Shown: positions 11,352 to 22,724 of the stretch, piece by piece
How positions within the stretch are numbered: the stretch's first letter is position 1
How the letters are laid out: every line of letters begins with the position of its first letter
Origin: Chiloscyllium plagiosum
Lineage: Eukaryota
Direction: 5' to 3'
NCBI RefSeq assembly: GCF_004010195.1
Contig: NC_057719.1
Span: 52,348,263 to 52,376,211, forward strand
Length of the DNA stretch: 27,949 nucleotides
Made by a program: the position numbers and the translations under genes
The notes under the pieces: model-generated
The model's database searches: none
What the model was told of the DNA's origin: nothing
The model's input: only the letters and a program-made list of their open reading frames with translations

Positions 11352-11524
11352 GGAGAAAGTGAGAATGCTGGAGATCAACGTTGAGAGTGTGGTACTGGAA
11401 AAGCACAGCAGGCCAGGCAGCATCCGAAGAGCAGGAGAATTGATGTTTCAGGCATCAGGTTGATTCTCCTGCTCCTCAGATGCTGCCTGACCTGCTGTGC
11501 TTTTCCAACACCACACTCTTGACT
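11352..11524. mobile_element. Penelope-terminus hairpin element
   Basis: Two inverted copies of the PLE terminus (arms about 11380-11443 and 11460-11523). Flanks catgtttctaatataa / tacgtttgtgatataa (12/16). Confidence 0.8.
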
Positions 11525-11589
11525 TACGTTTGTGATATAATCCCCATTACACTATACCCCATAGGTGGATTCAGGGTATAGACTCCTTC

Positions 11590-11945
11590 TTATGCAGTCC
11601 CTCAGGATTGAGGAGGAGTAGTTTCTATATCGGTTTGATGGGTGCTTGCCAACTTCAATGTGTCAGCTGCACTCTATGCCACATACAGGGCAATTAAGAT
11701 GAAAAGTTTCAGAAGATAAGTTGTTTGGGGCTCTGTGCACTGTCTCAATTGTGCCTTTACATGTTCCCCAGAAAAAAAACTTTTAAAATGTTTGGTGTCT
11801 TCCTGAATAAATCATCTTGATTTTGGTTAATTATAAACAGGTGGGGCAGTGGGAATGGTTGATCTTTTCAGAGATACTTTGAGGACATCCATTTGACTGC
11901 CCTCCAGGGAGTCTGCTGCTCTGACTGAGCTCCAAATATCCTCCA
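11590..11945 (-). mobile_element. RTE-type LINE 3' fragment
   Basis: Reverse strand encodes degenerate FGAQS...PGGQ....DVLKVSL, resembling the RTE C-terminus 'YGELS.G.R.PGGQ..RFKDVLK'. Confidence 0.5.
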
Positions 11946-12039
11946 CGTCTTACAGGAACAATCCACTCTTGTGCTGTCAAATGAGTAGAAAAAGATGTCA
12001 ACTAAGGGTTGCAGTCGCTTAATTTTAAGAAAAGATATC

Positions 12040-12308
12040 GAATTCAGCACCGCCTTCCTAATCTGCAATCTTCTTCCTGACCTCTCCGCCCCCACCCCAG
12101 TCTGACCTATCACCCTCACCTTGACCTCTTTCCACCTATCACATTTCCGGCGCCCCTCCCCCAAGTCCCTCCTCCCTACCTTTTATCTTAGCCTGCTGGA
12201 CAAACTTTCCTCATTCCTGAAGAAGGGCTTATGCCCGAAACGTCGATTCTCCTGTTCCCTGGATGCTGCCTGACCTGCTGCGCTTTTCCAGCAACACATT
12301 TTCAGCAG
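12040..12308 (+). mobile_element. Young Penelope-like 3' fragment with perfect 16-bp TSD
   Basis: TSD tttaagaaaagatatc at 12024-12039 and 12309-12324. Similar to 5030-5210. Confidence 0.9.
12212..12249 (+). ncRNA. Minimal hammerhead ribozyme motif in PLE terminus
   Basis: CUGAAGA (12217-12223), stem II GGGC-uuau-GCCC, GAAA (12237-12240), C-GUC triplet. Stem I is weak. Confidence 0.55.
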
Positions 12309-12415
12309 TTTAAGAAAAGATATCCTCATGAAACTCAGGAAGCATGGCAAAGAGAATAAACATTCTATATAATTTTTCACCATAAAATGCATCCTTTCAG
12401 AAACTTACATGAAAC

Positions 12416-13329
12416 TGTGGAATGTGAAACACAGGTTTAATATTAGGATACATTCAAATTAAGACAGAATATCAAACAGTATACAGCAGACCACTTAAAT
12501 GTTTACAGGCAAATACATCCTGATTGATCCAAACCACAGAAGAGTAGAGAGCCTTGTAAATTCTGTCTAGGTCAGACCTTGCTCTGAATTGTTCTATGCA
12601 TGGTGTTTCTGTGGATAAGTGCAAGGTGCCGGAGAAAGGTTTCCTGAGTTGAGATACAAGCAATATTAACACAGCCCTTTGTCCTCTAGAAGCCATTCAT
12701 CCAGTCTGCCACTGAATATAAAGTACCAGACTATTGCAAGAAAATGAAGACATCATGTAAACTGTCAGGAAGTCAGGCATTCACCTGCATGGTCAGAAAG
12801 CCATTTGTAAGTTAAGTCAGCAGGAAACCGTGACGTGAGCTTTGGGTTGTGAGTGAGCACTTGAATGGCTCTGTAGTTGAAATCAATAACTCTGTGAATC
12901 TTTGAACAGCCAGAAGTCAATACCTCTGTGAATCTTTGAACAGTCTCTCTTCCAGAAGAAATCAATACAGGTGCCTATGGTAGGAAAAATTTGTCAAAGT
13001 CAATTTCCTGATACAATTGTGGCCAGGAGACTCTCTAAGATTATAAATGGTGGGGGTTAAATTAAACATCCCTGGAAAATGGGCATGGGGCTCATGTTGC
13101 TCTATTGTCCCACTCCAATTGAATGCATTGTAAACAACACAAAAACCTTGTCCATAATTATTCCATGCAACCTCTGCCATAAACACAAGAAAAGGCTAAA
13201 TTGAATTAAAATGACCTCAATTAAAAGTCAGCCTGCGCCTCTTAAAGGCATATGCATTGTGCTTGGAGTAGATGTTTGTTCTTATAAAATTACATGTGTT
13301 GAAAGAGAATCAATAATGGTATAACATCA
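12416..13329. mobile_element. Candidate solo LTR
   Basis: GAAAC|TG...CA|GAAAC boundaries, internal 34-bp-period duplication and a TGACGT site. The boundaries may be chance. Confidence 0.3.
12883..12943. repeat. Tandem duplication, 27-bp unit at period 34
   Basis: tcaataactctgtgaatctttgaacag (12883-12909) and tcaatacctctgtgaatctttgaacag (12917-12943). Confidence 0.9.
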
Positions 13330-13436
13330 GAAACAGCATTTTCCAGGTCTGTTGGATACAGTACTGAATGTGTAATGGAGGAGGTTCACAGGAGAAAAGA
13401 ATTGTTACACTCATTGTGGGGGAGAAGGTGGGGGAG

Positions 13437-13640
13437 GTGAAGGGCAGATGATCTTTCAGAAGTTAATCTGGTCACATCATTGGGTCAGCTAATAACAGGA
13501 GTCAAGCCCCAAGGACCTGGATGCAGTGTGTTGAATGTTGATAACGCACACAAGTAATTAATGTGAGTAACTGTTCATCTTCAAATGTGATATCCTAGCA
13601 ACTACATCATTAGCCTTCCTTACTGTTCAATGGACACTCA
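13437..13640 (+). pseudogene. REJ remnant
   Basis: VKGR*SFR/LIWS../QLITGVKP/DLD resembles IEGGSYRVWS..DLVLDGSESYDPN. LTVQW resembles LSFHW. Multiple frameshifts are needed. Confidence 0.4.
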
Positions 13641-13861
13641 GTAATTCACTGATCTATCAAACAATCGACATCAATTGGGACTTTTAGCTAATATTCATAT
13701 GCTACATTTCAGCTTCATAAACCTAGCAGCACTCAAACAGATTGCACAATCTTTGCTGATATACTTCACTCTGTTTTGTTGAATAATTTGGTAGATACTG
13801 GGAGATGACTGCAGCTGCGTATTCTAATCTCCATGAAAGAGTCTGTGTTTAAGATCAGTGA

Positions 13862-15730
13862 TTAAATCTTCCAAAATTCATTAGATTTGGATCCTTTAGA
13901 CTGGAAAATAGCTAATGAAGTTTCTTTACTCAAAACAAGAGGGAGGCAGAAAGCAAGAAACTGCAGACCAATTAGCTTAACATCTGGCATAAGGGAAATG
14001 ATAGAAGCTGTTATTACAGATGTCGTAACGGTGCACTTGGATAAGTTCAAGGTAGTCAGGCAAATCCAACATGGTATTGTCAAAGGGAAATGATATTTAA
14101 CTAATGTATTGGAGTAGTTAAAGAAGTAACTTATCCGGTAAATAAAGGGGAATCTGTAAATATATTGTACTTAGATTTCCTAAGGGATATGATAAGGTAG
14201 CACATCAAAATTTATTGCGGAAAATAGACAGGATGCAGAGCTGGGCTGAGAAATGGCAGATGGAGTTCAACCTGGATAAATGAGAAGTGAGGCATTTTGA
14301 AAGGTCAAATGTGAATGCTGAATATAGGATTAAAGACAGGATTCTTGGTGGTGTGGAGGAACTGTGGGATCTTAGTGTTCAAGTGCATAGATCCCTCAAA
14401 GTTGCCACCCAAGTGGATAGGGTTGTTAATAAATCATATGGTGTTTTGGCTTTCATTAACAGGGAGATCGAGTTTTAAGTGCCATGAGGTTTTGCTGCAG
14501 CTCTACAAGTCCCTGGTGAGACCACACTTGGAATATTGTGTCCAGTTCTGGTTGTCCTATTATAGGAAAGATACGGAGACTTTGGAGAGAGTGCAAAGAA
14601 AGTTCACTAGGATGCTGCCTGGACTGGAGGGCTTGTGTTATGAAGAGAGGTTGACTAAGCTCGGACTTTTCTCTCTGGAGAGAAGGAGGAAGAAAGGTGA
14701 CCTGTTCGAGGTATACAAGGTAATGAGAGGCATAGATAGAGTCAAGCCAGAGACCTTTCCCGAGGGCAGGATTGACTGGCACAAGGGGTCATAGTTTTAA
14801 GATACTAGGAAAAGGTATAGAGGAGACATCAGAGATAGGTTCTTTACGCAGAGAGTTGTGAACACATGGAATGCATTGCCAGTGGTGGTGGTGGAAGCAG
14901 AGTCATTCAGGACATTTAAGCGACTGCTGGACATGCACAAGGACTGTAGTGAATTGAGGAGTGTGTATTTTATTTTAGATTAGGAATAATCCTCGGCACA
15001 ACATCATGGGCCGAAGGGCTTGTTCTGTGCTGTATCTTCCTATGTTCTAAAATAGGATCTCATGGTAATATATTGCCATGGGTAGAAGTTTGACTGGCTA
15101 AGAGGATACAGAGAGTAGGAATTCATATTTTTCAGGTTGGCATTATTTCATGGGTGCCACAGTAGTCAGTACTGGGATCTAAACTTCTAACAATTTAGAT
15201 AAATTAATTAGATGAAGGGAATGAAGGGCCAGTAGCTAATGACAGAAAGCTAGGTAGGAAAGGGAGTTGTGAAGAGGACATATGGAACTTATTGAAGGTG
15301 TATAGAAAGGCTAAATGAATGGGTATAGGTCTGGCAAATGGAGAATGTGGGAAAGTCAGAAATGGTCCATTTTAGCAGAAAAAAATAAAGCATATTATCT
15401 AAATAGTGAGAGGTTACAAAGCTCTGCAATGCAGAGAGTTCTGTATGACCTTGTATACAAATCAATAAAGATTATTATTCAGGTAGAGGAATTTAACAAA
15501 ATATTATATTTTATTTCCAGGGAAGTTGAATGCAGGAGTGTGGATGTTATAATTTAGTTATAAAGAGCATTAGTGAGATCACATCACATTAAAACTATGA
15601 CCGGTACAGGACTGGTCATCATCCTTAAATAAAGATGTTAATGCATTGGAAGCAGTTCAGACAAGGTTTACTAGATTAATACCTAGAATGGATGATTGCC
15701 TGTGAGGAAAGAGTAGGCATGCTAGGCCTG
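13862..15730 (+). mobile_element. Old CR1 LINE RT fragment, interrupted by a younger CR1
   Basis: DWKIAN...RNCRPISLTS (ORF 13887-14093), YLDF.K.YDKV.H. Resumes at about 15049. Confidence 0.85.
14230..15048 (+). mobile_element. Nested younger CR1 LINE 3' fragment
   Basis: LQLYKSLVRPHLEYCVQFW...LERVQRKFTRMLPGL (ORF 14315-14794). 3' tail ctatgttcta. aaatag on both flanks. Confidence 0.9.
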
Positions 15731-15754
15731 TTTCTGAAACTAACAAAGTATCAT

Positions 15755-17930
15755 GAAGCAGGTTATTGATGCCTAAGTGTCACTTGATATCGCCACAAAT
15801 GACACCTTGCATTACTTTACGGAAGATGGAGAGCGGTCTGATGGAATTAATACTTGGCTGAATTGAATACACACACAGCTTCCTCTGTGCTTGGCATCCC
15901 TGGAAAAGATTCCACAATGGTGGATAGACGTCAGTGTTGGCAGTTGTGGTGCTTTAGTAGTGTCCCTAACTCTGAGTCAAAAGGCCCAGGTTCAAGTCTC
16001 ACCTGCTCCAAAGGCGTGTAATAACATCTCTGAACAGGTTGGATAGAAGATATCAAGACGCCAGTGTTGTTGCTGTATGAGAATAGCTTAGGTAGGAGTA
16101 TAGCTAGTTATGGAGTACATCTTCATATTACAGCTCAAAATATCCAGATGATGCATGATATTAAAGCTTTATTGATTATGTTGTTAAAGATACAAAGATG
16201 ATGGGCATTGCTTGATAAAGGACTGGGAGTGCATATAAAAAAGACCGTGGAATACTGAGATAGTCGTTAGGAGGCAGGGAATGGTATGGCTGCATTCTGT
16301 GAATGAAACCACTGTCAAGGAAAAGCTCCACATGTTGCTTCTTAATTCACCATCAGGCTTTGATCTATTTAAAACGATGGAAACAATGTCTTTAGTTATT
16401 TTTTGGTATCACATGGAGTGAATTGAATTGCTGAAGTCTGGCATCTGTAATATTATCAAGAGGAGGCTGAGATACTTATTATACTCATTGTTTCTGACTG
16501 CTGGTGGATGCAAATACTTCACTTTGCCTTTAGCACTAATGTGCTGGATTTCCTCATTGAGGATTAGGATATTTATGGAGCTTACTCCTTTTGGTAGTCG
16601 TCTAATGATCCAGCACGGTTTATGACTGTGGCAGATGTCCATAGCTTTATCTAATTCTTTGATCATTTTGCTCTGTCTGATGAATGCTGCCTTTCTAATT
16701 TGGAAACATGTAAAGCTGGACTGTAGATTCACCAGGATGACACCTCAATTTGGAGATGTCTGATGTCACTTTTTTCATTGAACCAGGGGTTATCTCTAGT
16801 TTTGATTGTAATATTAGGGACCGTGATATGCTGGGTCATGGGGTTACAGATTGTGATGAAACAAAATTATAATGCAGGTGATGGTCCACATTGACTCATG
16901 GGTGCCCAATTCTGAGTTACTAGATCTCTTTTGGATGTATCTCATGTATTATGGAAGGTGTTCCACACTATACCTAGAGCGTGTTCACAGTGCAAAGGCA
17001 GGATTTTGCCTCTCTGAGTGACTTAGCAATACACTTCTAGATAGCATCTACAACAATTAGATCAATGAAGCTGGAATCAGTAGGTCGTTTCCCACTTGTT
17101 GACTTCCTTTACAATGTTCAGGGTTAGTCTGGTAGATACATCCTCCAGTCTGACCACTCAGTCAGCAGTAGCACTACTGATCCACTCTTTAACTCTCAAC
17201 TCGAAATATATTATTTGCCCTTGCTACCCATCAGTATTACTTCCAAGTTATGTTCAATGTTTTGGAGCACTGCTTCATCAGCTGAGGACAGATAGAAAGA
17301 GGTAACCAGCAGGCTGTTTCCTTGTTTACACTTGACCTGATGACATGATTATGAATGGGTTCTCCAGCCACTCCCAGTGACTGTATGTTCTGTGCCACTA
17401 CCTCTGCTGGGCTTGTTCTGCCAATGGGAAGGACAGAACAAAGTGGTATGGTGGTGGAGCACGCTGTGATTTTGGCTGTCAGATATGATTCACTGTACAT
17501 GACAATGTTAGGGTGTCACTTGACTGGAATGCAGAATAGTTCTCCCAAATGTGGAGTTAGCCCAAAGTTAATAAAGAGGACTGTGTGCAATTGACTGGGT
17601 AGGGTGTGTCCTTGTCTTTCCCAGCAGCTAAGGCAATGTCAGGCTGTCTAATTTTATTTTTATTTGATACAGCTGAGTAGCTGTTTGCCTGGAATATAGG
17701 CAAGATTAGGAGAGAGCAGCATATTTTCTTCTCCGAAGGTAGTTAATAAACTAGAAACGTTTTTTTTTATAACAATGGTAGTTTCATGATCATTACTAGC
17801 TTCTTGTTTCAGAGTTATACATGTGATTTAAATTCCACCAGCGAACATGATGAGATTTGAACTTTTATCTCCAGAGTATTAAACCAGCCCAATGTTATAC
17901 TAGGTCAGTAACATTGCCACTATGGTACTA
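15755..17930 (-). mobile_element. Degenerate, internally deleted CR1-group LINE with tRNA-like 5' head
   Basis: Reverse strand of 15790-15860 is a degenerate YRPISLLS..SKVM.GVI. 16060-16130 is an ELA.PL.KLF-type segment. The reverse of 17830-17930 resembles the SINE head at 23343 and 26223. Confidence 0.6.
15940..16055 (+). mobile_element. Short tRNA-derived SINE with 14-bp TSD
   Basis: B-box-like ggttcaagtc. TSD agacgtcagtgttg (15926-15939) / agacgccagtgttg (16056-16069). Confidence 0.8.
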
Positions 17931-18132
17931 ATTAGTGAGTTGCAGCTTGCTGAAGTACTGTTCCTGTGATGTATTGTGATAGTTTTTAGTGTTGTCAAGA
18001 ATACTTGATAGACAAGTAAATGGCCAATGACAGTCAGTAGATTGGTTCAAAGAGAAGCAGATTTCATTTGTCTGAAGCTACATTGATTTCTGTTCATCCT
18101 TTTCTCGTTTCATTTATATATTATTTACCCAG

Positions 18133-18320
18133 ATAACTGAAGAGTAACTAAAGGGTGCAACAGTTTAAAATCAACAGAAAGGATTGAATTCTATGAAATT
18201 AGAAAATGAGAAAAAAGTTTAAAAATGGAAAATAGAATTGGTTGTCTTTCGACTAACGATACACATGCTCTGGTATTTATTCTAAACAAGGGATTCCAGC
18301 ACTGGACTCTAACAGAGTTA
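18133..18320 (+). pseudogene. REJ exon remnant
   Basis: Strong acceptor ttatttacccag|. KGCNSL, VFRLTI and SKQG....SN resemble GGCAL, YTFSLTV and KAG....TN. Weak on its own, supported by order. Confidence 0.35.
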
Positions 18321-18499
18321 AGGCCACTCCAGTAGCAACTGCTTAGTTTAATATATTACATTGTAAAACCCACTTAGATCATAGCAAAAATCACAAACTT
18401 TGAGTAGATAGTTAATGTTTTATCATTTTATTACACTAATATGCTGCTATTACTAGGGCAACATTTCCTGCATTTATTGACTTTTGTTTTGGAAAATAC

Positions 18500-18690
18500 A
18501 TACAAGTCTAAGTGGATTGGCCATGCTAAATTGCCCATAGTACCCAGGAATATGCTGGATAGGTGGATTAGACTTGAGAAATGCAAGGTTACATGAATAG
18601 GGTAGGGGGTGATGCTCTTTGGAGGGTCGGTGTGGACTTGATGGGCCAAATGGCCTGCTTCTATACTGTAGGGATTCAATGATTCTATGT
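18500..18690 (+). mobile_element. HE1/V-SINE 3' fragment
   Basis: gtggattggccatgctaaattgccc...actgtagggattc..tgattctatg matches 21840-22016. Confidence 0.85.
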
Positions 18691-18714
18691 CTGTTTTACA
18701 AACATTTTTCATTA

Positions 18715-18830
18715 AAGTTTGGAAGGAATTGTGTTCACAATCAAATCCACTTTGAGAATTAGAAATAAACTCTAGCTATTGGATTTTGGATGGGAAGAGT
18801 CAAGTATAACTTCTGCATGTTGAAGTCTCA
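18715..18830 (+). pseudogene. REJ exon remnant
   Basis: ELCSQSNPL*ELEINSSYWILDGKS (core 18762-18797) resembles ECVSCKAQAVYEVSRSSYVYLEGRC. Confidence 0.55.
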
Positions 18831-19032
18831 AATTGGGCTCAATTTAAATTCAGTCTACCCAATAACAATTAAGATGTTAAATTTGTGAATTAAGCTGTTT
18901 CTATGCTACAGAAAGTACTTCAATCTGTTGCTTACTTCTGTGCTTGGATAAAATTTAAGAACAATATATGATAATGTATTTTGATTCAATATTTATGCTC
19001 AGTTAAGTCTAGTTAAGTCAGGTATAACAAGT

Positions 19033-20034
19033 TGTAATGATACTGTGCCTTTACGAGATGTGTTCTGACCTGCTTGTCTTGTAGATGGATGTTGTCATGG
19101 TAGTGCAGTAACGTATCATTCAGACAGGTAGTTGGGAAACAGCTTTGAGTTCTCCCTTTTTTAAAAAGTAAACAGAAGAATTATAAGTGAATGAAGTTCA
19201 GGCTCACATGAACCCAGAAGACTTTATTCTTTCACTCGACTAGATGGGTAGGTTGTCATTGGCTGCTGAAGTTAGCTTAAGCTCTCTGCTGCTCGAGTGA
19301 AGACTTAGACAGAGAAGCCTCCTTTTAAAAATCAAAGGGTGCAGCTTGTTACTTTCTACTGGACTGGAGACAGACAGCATGTGGGAATAATTACTGTGTT
19401 GTGGAATTGCCTTTGCCAGGGGTGTATTTATGGGATGCTGCCTATATTGGAACAGTTGATGATTAGTGGTTAAATAATGCATTAACACGTTAAGTATTTC
19501 ATTAGAGTTATGCCAATTCTTCTTTTTGTTTTTTATTAATTGTGATTAGATTAGATTCCCTACAGTATGGAAACAGGCCCTTCAGCTCACACCGATCCCA
19601 ACCCTATATTAACCCCTGACTAATACACCTAACACGATGGGCAATTTAGCATGGCCAATTCATCTGACCTGCACATCTTTGAATTGTGGGAGGAAATCCA
19701 TGCAGACACAGGGAAAATGTGCAAACTCCATTCAGACAGTTGCCCAAGGCAGGGATTGAACCCAGGTCTCTGGCATTACAAGGCAGCCTTGCTAACAACT
19801 GAACCACCATGCCACCCTATGTTGTAAGCATAAAGTGTGTTTTGATTAAATTTTAGTAGTGGATCAATCAAATCAAATCATTTCTAGAACACTATGCCTT
19901 ATACTTGCCTTTCTAAAAAAAAATTTTAATAAGTTAGGATCTAGGTTGTCTCTATAATACGTTTTGATGGTGGGGGGCTTGGGGGGAAGGGGGTGGGGAG
20001 GGTGGGCAGGTGGTCTCTCATGTGGTCCATTACA
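19033..20034. mobile_element. Solo LTR
   Basis: Terminal inverted repeat TGTAATG...CATTACA. 4-bp TSD aagt/aaat with one mismatch. Nested SINE. Confidence 0.75.
19544..19817 (-). mobile_element. HE1/V-SINE nested in LTR
   Basis: Reverse complement starts gggtggcatggtggttcagttgttagc (A box), then gggttcaatccc (B box), V-domain and (tctaa)n tail. Confidence 0.9.
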
Positions 20035-20713
20035 AAATGATCTTATGAAATATCCTTTGGAAGACCATTTGTACTTTAAAAAATACATTGCCTGGGTAAT
20101 GTTGCAATGGAATAGCCAAGCAAGGCAACCAACAATCCAAAAATGAAACATTTTGCATAGTCATTACACAAGCAATACACATTCCATGTCAGAGCTATAC
20201 AAACAATGAATGGGAATTAATTTCAAATAGTATGATTCGGGCACATTTGACCCTAATGTACTAATTAAAACAATTACATACAGTACACTACAATAATGTG
20301 ATCAGATACTTTCCTTACTCTGAATCATTTTAACATGTGGATACAGACAGGGGATATGGTAGAATCATTCTCCTTTTTCTTCCCTTTAACTAAACAAATA
20401 GTGTATGTTTGTAAACAAAACAAAAAGTGTTTTAAACTTTGAGTGTAATTACTGTTAATTATGGCCAGAAGTCTGGATTTTTCAGAAGTTGTATAAAATA
20501 TGGTTGAATGTTTATTACTCAACAGGCAATGTGTTTTCAACATGATCCACACATTCAGTCATCTAGGTACATTCCCAATCACATCCATACTCAACAAACA
20601 AATGGCATGTAGATAGGCATTATAAAGTCCAAAATTTCACTTTTCTACTTGCTTTTCTCAACATGACAGCTTGAAGCATTGTATACTTGCATTTCCTTTT
20701 TGATCGACTGAAG

Positions 20714-21215
20714 AAGTGGAAATTGGAGGTTTATGAATTCACAGTGATTCACTGTTTGCAGTGGCAGGTTTCCCTGGCATCATTCCCATCAAACTGCAGC
20801 CAAAGTTCAGTAACAAAAAGCTGGTTTGTTTTTTCTCATAGGCAAGCAGCAAAGCCATGATAAATACGTTGCTTCCTGATGGATTTTAGGCAAGGTGCTG
20901 TCCTGTTATCGGTCTGGATCTCTATGCTCCAGAAAAATGTCTCAGTAAATGTGTCTTATAAAAAAGCTGGTTTCTGTTTTGTGACCATAGTATCTGTTTT
21001 CATTGTCCTAACAAATGGTTTCTGATGACCTGGTCACACAATATCATTCAAGTTTCAACCATTCACACGCTCTTGTAAGAGGGTGGACCTGCTTTACACT
21101 TCTCTGAAGCGAAGTGATCTGCAAGTCCATTATGAACTCAGCTGTGTTATTATTTGGTTAATAGTGGCCATTAATCACTGGGAATGTTTGTTGCATCTTC
21201 AGCACTTGGATAGAC
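20714..21215 (+). pseudogene. REJ exon remnant
   Basis: KW, SNKKLV, GKQQSHDKY, APE, GFCFVT, FHCPNKW, SDD, SCKRVDLLYTS, VHYELS and SLGMFVA occur in REJ order (PP..C..G...T.F.C..W.D...LY.G...D.LG). Many frameshifts and stops. Confidence 0.6.
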
Positions 21216-21284
21216 TAGCAGAATTCCATGCAGCTTTCTGCTCTTAATCTGTATGCATTACCAAATAAAGGAAAGTATTCCATG

Positions 21285-21392
21285 TAGGCGAAAATGATGA
21301 CTGCAGATGCTGGAAATTAGAGTTGAGAATGTGGTGCTGGAAAAGCACAGTAGGTCAGGCAGCATCCGAGGAGCAGTGGAGTCAATGTTTGA
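21285..21392 (-). mobile_element. Penelope terminal fragment
   Basis: gactgcagatgctgga...gaaaagcacag.aggtcaggcagcatccgaggagcag as at 2757-2835. Confidence 0.8.
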
Positions 21393-21715
21393 TGCCTTCT
21401 TAACCATTGTATTTTCTTATCCTGTTACCTTAAGGGATTGGTAGACATACACACTAAGGCCCCTCTGATCCTGCATTGCTCCCAGAATACTTCTGTTCAT
21501 CATGTATTCCTTTGCCATGTTTGTTCTGCCCAAATACATAATCACACACTTATCCATATTTAATTTTGCTTGCTACTGAGCAGCCCATGTTTATTCTTCT
21601 GTAATCTAAAGCTATGCTCCTCACTATTTGTGACACCACCAATTTTCATTACTGATCAAACCTCCTACATTTAAGTTTAAATCATTTATATATACCACAA
21701 ATAGCAAGGGCCAGA

Positions 21716-22016
21716 GGGGTGGCATGGTGGCTCAGTGGTTAGCACTGCTGCTTTCAGTCTGGATGACTGTCTGTGTGGAGTTTGCACATTCTCCCTATGT
21801 CTGCGTGGGTTTCCTCCCACAGTCCAAAGATAGACAGGTTAGGTGAATTGGTCATGCTAAATTGTCCATAGTATTCAAGGATGTGTAGGTTAGGTGCATT
21901 AGTTAGGGGTAAATGTAGGGAAATGGGTTTGGGTGGGATACTCATCAGAGGATTGGTGTGGACTGGTTGGGCTAAAGGGTCTGTTTCCACACTGTAGGGA
22001 TTCTATGATTCCATGA
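21716..22016 (+). mobile_element. HE1/V-SINE
   Basis: A box ggtggctcagtggttagc, V-domain tgtgtggagtttgcacattctccc...tgggtttcctcccacagtccaaaga, CR1-like tail. Confidence 0.9.
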
Positions 22017-22585
22017 TCCCTCCTTAACCCCACTGGTCACAAGCTTCCAGTCACAAAGACACCACTTGACCATTCCCCGCTGCTTCCTGCCATGCAGTCA
22101 ATTCTGGATCTAGTTAGCCAAATATCCTTGGAGACTCTGAGCTCTTACTTTCACTATCAATCTCCCATGCTGAAGTCCAAGTCGACTATGTTGAAAATAC
22201 TTCCCTTGTACATTTGGTCATCTCTTCAAAAATAAAATTCAATGAAGTTGGTCAGACCCTTGATAAAAGTAAAAAGAAAACAATTATCTCCCTTTACTAA
22301 AAAAAAAGCTGATTGTTCTTGATTAATCCCTGCCTGTAAAAGTATAGATTAATTCTGTCCCTCAGAATTGCTTCCAATCATTTCTCCACCATTGAGGTTA
22401 GACTGACTGGCCTCTGGTTTCCTGCTTTATTCCTGACTCCCCTTTTGAATAAAAGTACAACACTGGTTGTCCTCCAGTCCTCTGCCACCTTTCCTGTTTT
22501 CAGATAGAATTTGAAAATTATTACCAGCAACGTTATTATTTCCTCTTTTGCCTCACTCAAAAGCCTGGGAAATATTTCATTTGGT

Positions 22586-22724
22586 GAAAGTAAGGACTGT
22601 AGATGCTGGAGATCAGAGTCAAGATTAGAGTGGTGCTGGAAAAGCACAGCAGGTTAGGCAACATCCCTGTTCCTCAGATGCTGCCTGACTTGCTGTGTTT
22701 TTCTAGCACCACTCTAATCTTGAC
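22586..22724. mobile_element. Penelope-terminus hairpin element with perfect 15-bp TSD
   Basis: Arms 22618-22665 and 22677-22724 are inverted. TSD aatatttcatttggt at 22571-22585 and 22725-22739. Confidence 0.88.

Noticed and set aside
12883..12970. Spaced direct repeats resembling a CRISPR array
   Set aside because: Only two full units with a 7-bp gap, in a eukaryotic context with no cas genes.
15748..15930. Apparent PC1-like peptides (HEAGY*CL, IEYTHSF, GIPGKD)
   Set aside because: The reverse strand is a LINE RT segment (degenerate YRPISLLS..SKVM.GVI) continuous with 16060-16130, so this is a chance match. It shows that single short matches here are unreliable without colinearity.
21716..21790. 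tRNA gene
   Set aside because: A-box only. It is the head of an HE1/V-SINE and has no complete cloverleaf.
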